From Dysosmobacter sp. (lineage in GTDB: Bacteria; Bacillota; Clostridia; Oscillospirales; Oscillospiraceae): a DNA stretch of 64,000 bases. This document shows, piece by piece, positions 62,537-64,000 of this stretch (positions are counted from its first letter, which is position 1; each line of letters opens with the position of its first letter). A model generated the notes under the pieces. It made no database searches. It was given only the letters and a program-made list of their open reading frames with translations, and had not been told where the DNA came from. The stretch is taken from positions 245 to 64,244 of the forward strand of contig JBFLFX010000001.1 of NCBI GenBank assembly GCA_041859815.1. Reading direction: 5' to 3'. Made by a program: the position numbers and the translations under genes.

Positions 62537-63613
62537 ATGGATAGAGCGAAATCGACCGCCGATGAATTCGCAGCGCCGCTCACGCTCTCGCTGGAGGAGA
62601 ACAGCTGCATCTTCACAATCAAGTGGCGAGACGCACCGGGAATGCTGGTGGAGAAATTTGAGTCCCCGCAGGAGCTCCTGACGGTATTTCTCAACGGGGA
62701 TTATCTTCGGTTGATTACCACAAGGGATCTGCTCAATATGGAGTTGACGGACGCTCCGCAGTTTTACGAGTGGCTGACCACTTATGACCGGGAGCGGATC
62801 ACGAATCTGATTGGACAGCTCTATTTTTCCGAGTCCGCCGACGTGAACGCGCTGCCACCGAGCCAGCGGTTGCGGGTATATCTCACCTTCGACCGAACGC
62901 TTTTCTCCGTGGAAGCGCGGGAGCAGGGGTATTCCTGCGTTTGGAAGGTGTTGCACAAACATGCTCCTGCGGACGAAGCCTTCGGGAAATATTCCGGACA
63001 AAATAAGTGCCGAAATGCGGGTACGCGGCGTGAGGCTGATTTTGAAGCAGGCTGTCAAGCAATAAAGGAATACAATCTTAGAATTCCCCGCGGAACCATG
63101 GCTCGGTTTGAGGAACCCCAGGAGCTGGTGATGTATCTGCTGCGGGAAGCGATCCTATCGGATAAGCACATCAAAAAGTGCGAATTCTGCGGTCGGTTTT
63201 TCATTCCCCGGCGCAGCACCCGGCAATACTGCTCGCCGGCGTGTGCCAGCAAGCAGCGGAACCTTGACGGCTTCTGCGGCGAGACGGAAGTCAGCGCGGC
63301 GTACAAACGCATCGTCGCCAATCTCTCCGCCAAGGATAAAAAGCAAAAAGAGCTCCGCCGCCAGTATTGCCTGGACGGCGGAGCCGTGGTGAAGCCGCGC
63401 GAGGTGCTGCGGCAGTTTTATGACGAGAACTATATCCATCAGGAGCAGTTCCGCTCCGCGTGGGAGACGCTGAATAAGGCAGAGAAAAAAAGCTGGGCGG
63501 ATCGCCAAAAATACGAACAGGCCAAGACCGAGTATCTCTCCTGGCTGGACAGCCGGCTCAGCTATGCCAAGCGAATTCATATAGATCAGGATAGTTATCT
63601 GGAAAAAACCTGA
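62537..63613 (+). CDS. element-encoded hypothetical protein with a CxxC...CxxC zinc ribbon
   Basis: Trimmed to the ATG at 62537, 5 nt after GGAGGG. KKCEFCGRFFIPRRSTRQYCSPACASKQ. Confidence 0.7.
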   Translation: MDRAKSTADEFAAPLTLSLEENSCIFTIKWRDAPGMLVEKFESPQELLTVFLNGDYLRLITTRDLLNMELTDAPQFYEWLTTYDRERITNLIGQLYFSESADVNALPPSQRLRVYLTFDRTLFSVEAREQGYSCVWKVLHKHAPADEAFGKYSGQNKCRNAGTRREADFEAGCQAIKEYNLRIPRGTMARFEEPQELVMYLLREAILSDKHIKKCEFCGRFFIPRRSTRQYCSPACASKQRNLDGFCGETEVSAAYKRIVANLSAKDKKQKELRRQYCLDGGAVVKPREVLRQFYDENYIHQEQFRSAWETLNKAEKKSWADRQKYEQAKTEYLSWLDSRLSYAKRIHIDQDSYLEKT

Positions 63614-63622
63614 AGCGTAAGA

Positions 63623-63648
63623 GAGGGAGCGGCAATGACCGCTCCCTC
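63623..63648. terminator. hairpin between convergent genes
   Basis: gagggagcgg-caatga-ccgctccctc forms a perfect 10-bp stem. The T-tracts are weak. Confidence 0.4.
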
Positions 63649-63659
63649 AACCTCTGCTA

Positions 63660-63920
63660 TCAGATTGACCTTTTGCGTCTTACGGTCTCGGAAATATATA
63701 GGATCAGTTCTTCAGGCGTAGGTATATCTTTCTCGCATGGGACAGCGTCCCAAAACGCCTTAATATTTGGGTCAGTGCTGCACAGGCCGTTCAGCATGGC
63801 AATCTGCATCTGCTTTCTTACATATTCCGTTGAAACACCGTCACGATCGGCGATTTTTCTGATGGCGTTTTCCGCCACAATCCGCTTTGCTGTTTTGCTT
63901 CCGCTCTTTTTCTTACCCAC
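63660..63920 (-). CDS. small element-encoded hypothetical protein
   Basis: 86-aa ORF with a GTG start and a helical, DNA-binding-like sequence (AIRKIADRDGVSTEYVRKQMQIAMLNG). Confidence 0.55.
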   Translation of the reverse strand: MGKKKSGSKTAKRIVAENAIRKIADRDGVSTEYVRKQMQIAMLNGLCSTDPNIKAFWDAVPCEKDIPTPEELILYISETVRRKRSI

Positions 63921-64000
63921 GTTTCAAACCCCACAACTATAATTTTTTGGTACGTCCGGCTTATCAAACAATTTTGCGCGTAATGAAGGCCGCCTCTCCA

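Larger units (their letters stand above)
57500..64000. mobile_element. serine-recombinase integrative mobilizable element (partial; continues beyond the window)
   Basis: Contiguous recombinase, relaxase, MobC, AAA_25 ATPase and small element-type genes. The left junction abuts the truncated tyrosine integrase. Confidence 0.6.

Overview
The window is a compositional mosaic, apparently from a high-GC Firmicutes or Clostridia-type chromosome; that taxonomic placement is inference from gene content and SD usage only.

(1) 1-39.45 kb is GC-rich core sequence. It carries small enzymes (CPBP protease, MBL hydrolase, GNATs, NUDIX, GrpB) and a fused MacB-type ABC transporter. It also holds a nucleoside-import / DeoD / MtnA / class II aldolase locus, a LivJHMGF-type amino-acid ABC operon, an aspartate racemase and recQ. 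This stretch is unusually rich in decayed genes:
- a UvrD-like helicase without a P-loop
- a PadR gene with ATA at the start position and an in-frame TAA
- isoaspartyl-dipeptidase, sigma-factor, Fic, histidine-kinase and CoA-transferase remnants

It also contains a nested palindromic repeat family that brackets a leaderless 7-blade FG-GAP propeller gene.

(2) 39.5-41.7 kb is an AT-rich islet with two secreted proteins.

(3) 41.75-44.7 kb is a GC-rich mobile-element remnant (HTH, RHH and Cys-rich genes). Its 5' region is duplicated at 24.2 kb.

(4) A 37-nt tRNA 3'-end fragment at 44.72 kb marks the edge of a low-GC island of about 12.7 kb (44.76-57.1 kb). The island carries:
- an orphan NTPase of about 840 aa (ribokinase-like + AAA + RyR-like repeats), divergent from a toxin-less Phd/YefM-like gene
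- an operon of a small TM protein, SPFH and GH130
- a GDP-mannose / GT4 / unknown-protein / PMM / PMI operon

(5) A truncated tyrosine integrase (57.1-57.5 kb) abuts a serine-recombinase mobilizable element that runs off the right edge. That element carries relaxase, MobC and an AAA_25 ATPase.

No rRNA, intact tRNA or CRISPR array was seen. The best candidates for something undescribed are the NTPase / Phd-like module, the flip/flop nested repeats flanking the FG-GAP cassette, and the SPFH-coupled mannoside cycle.
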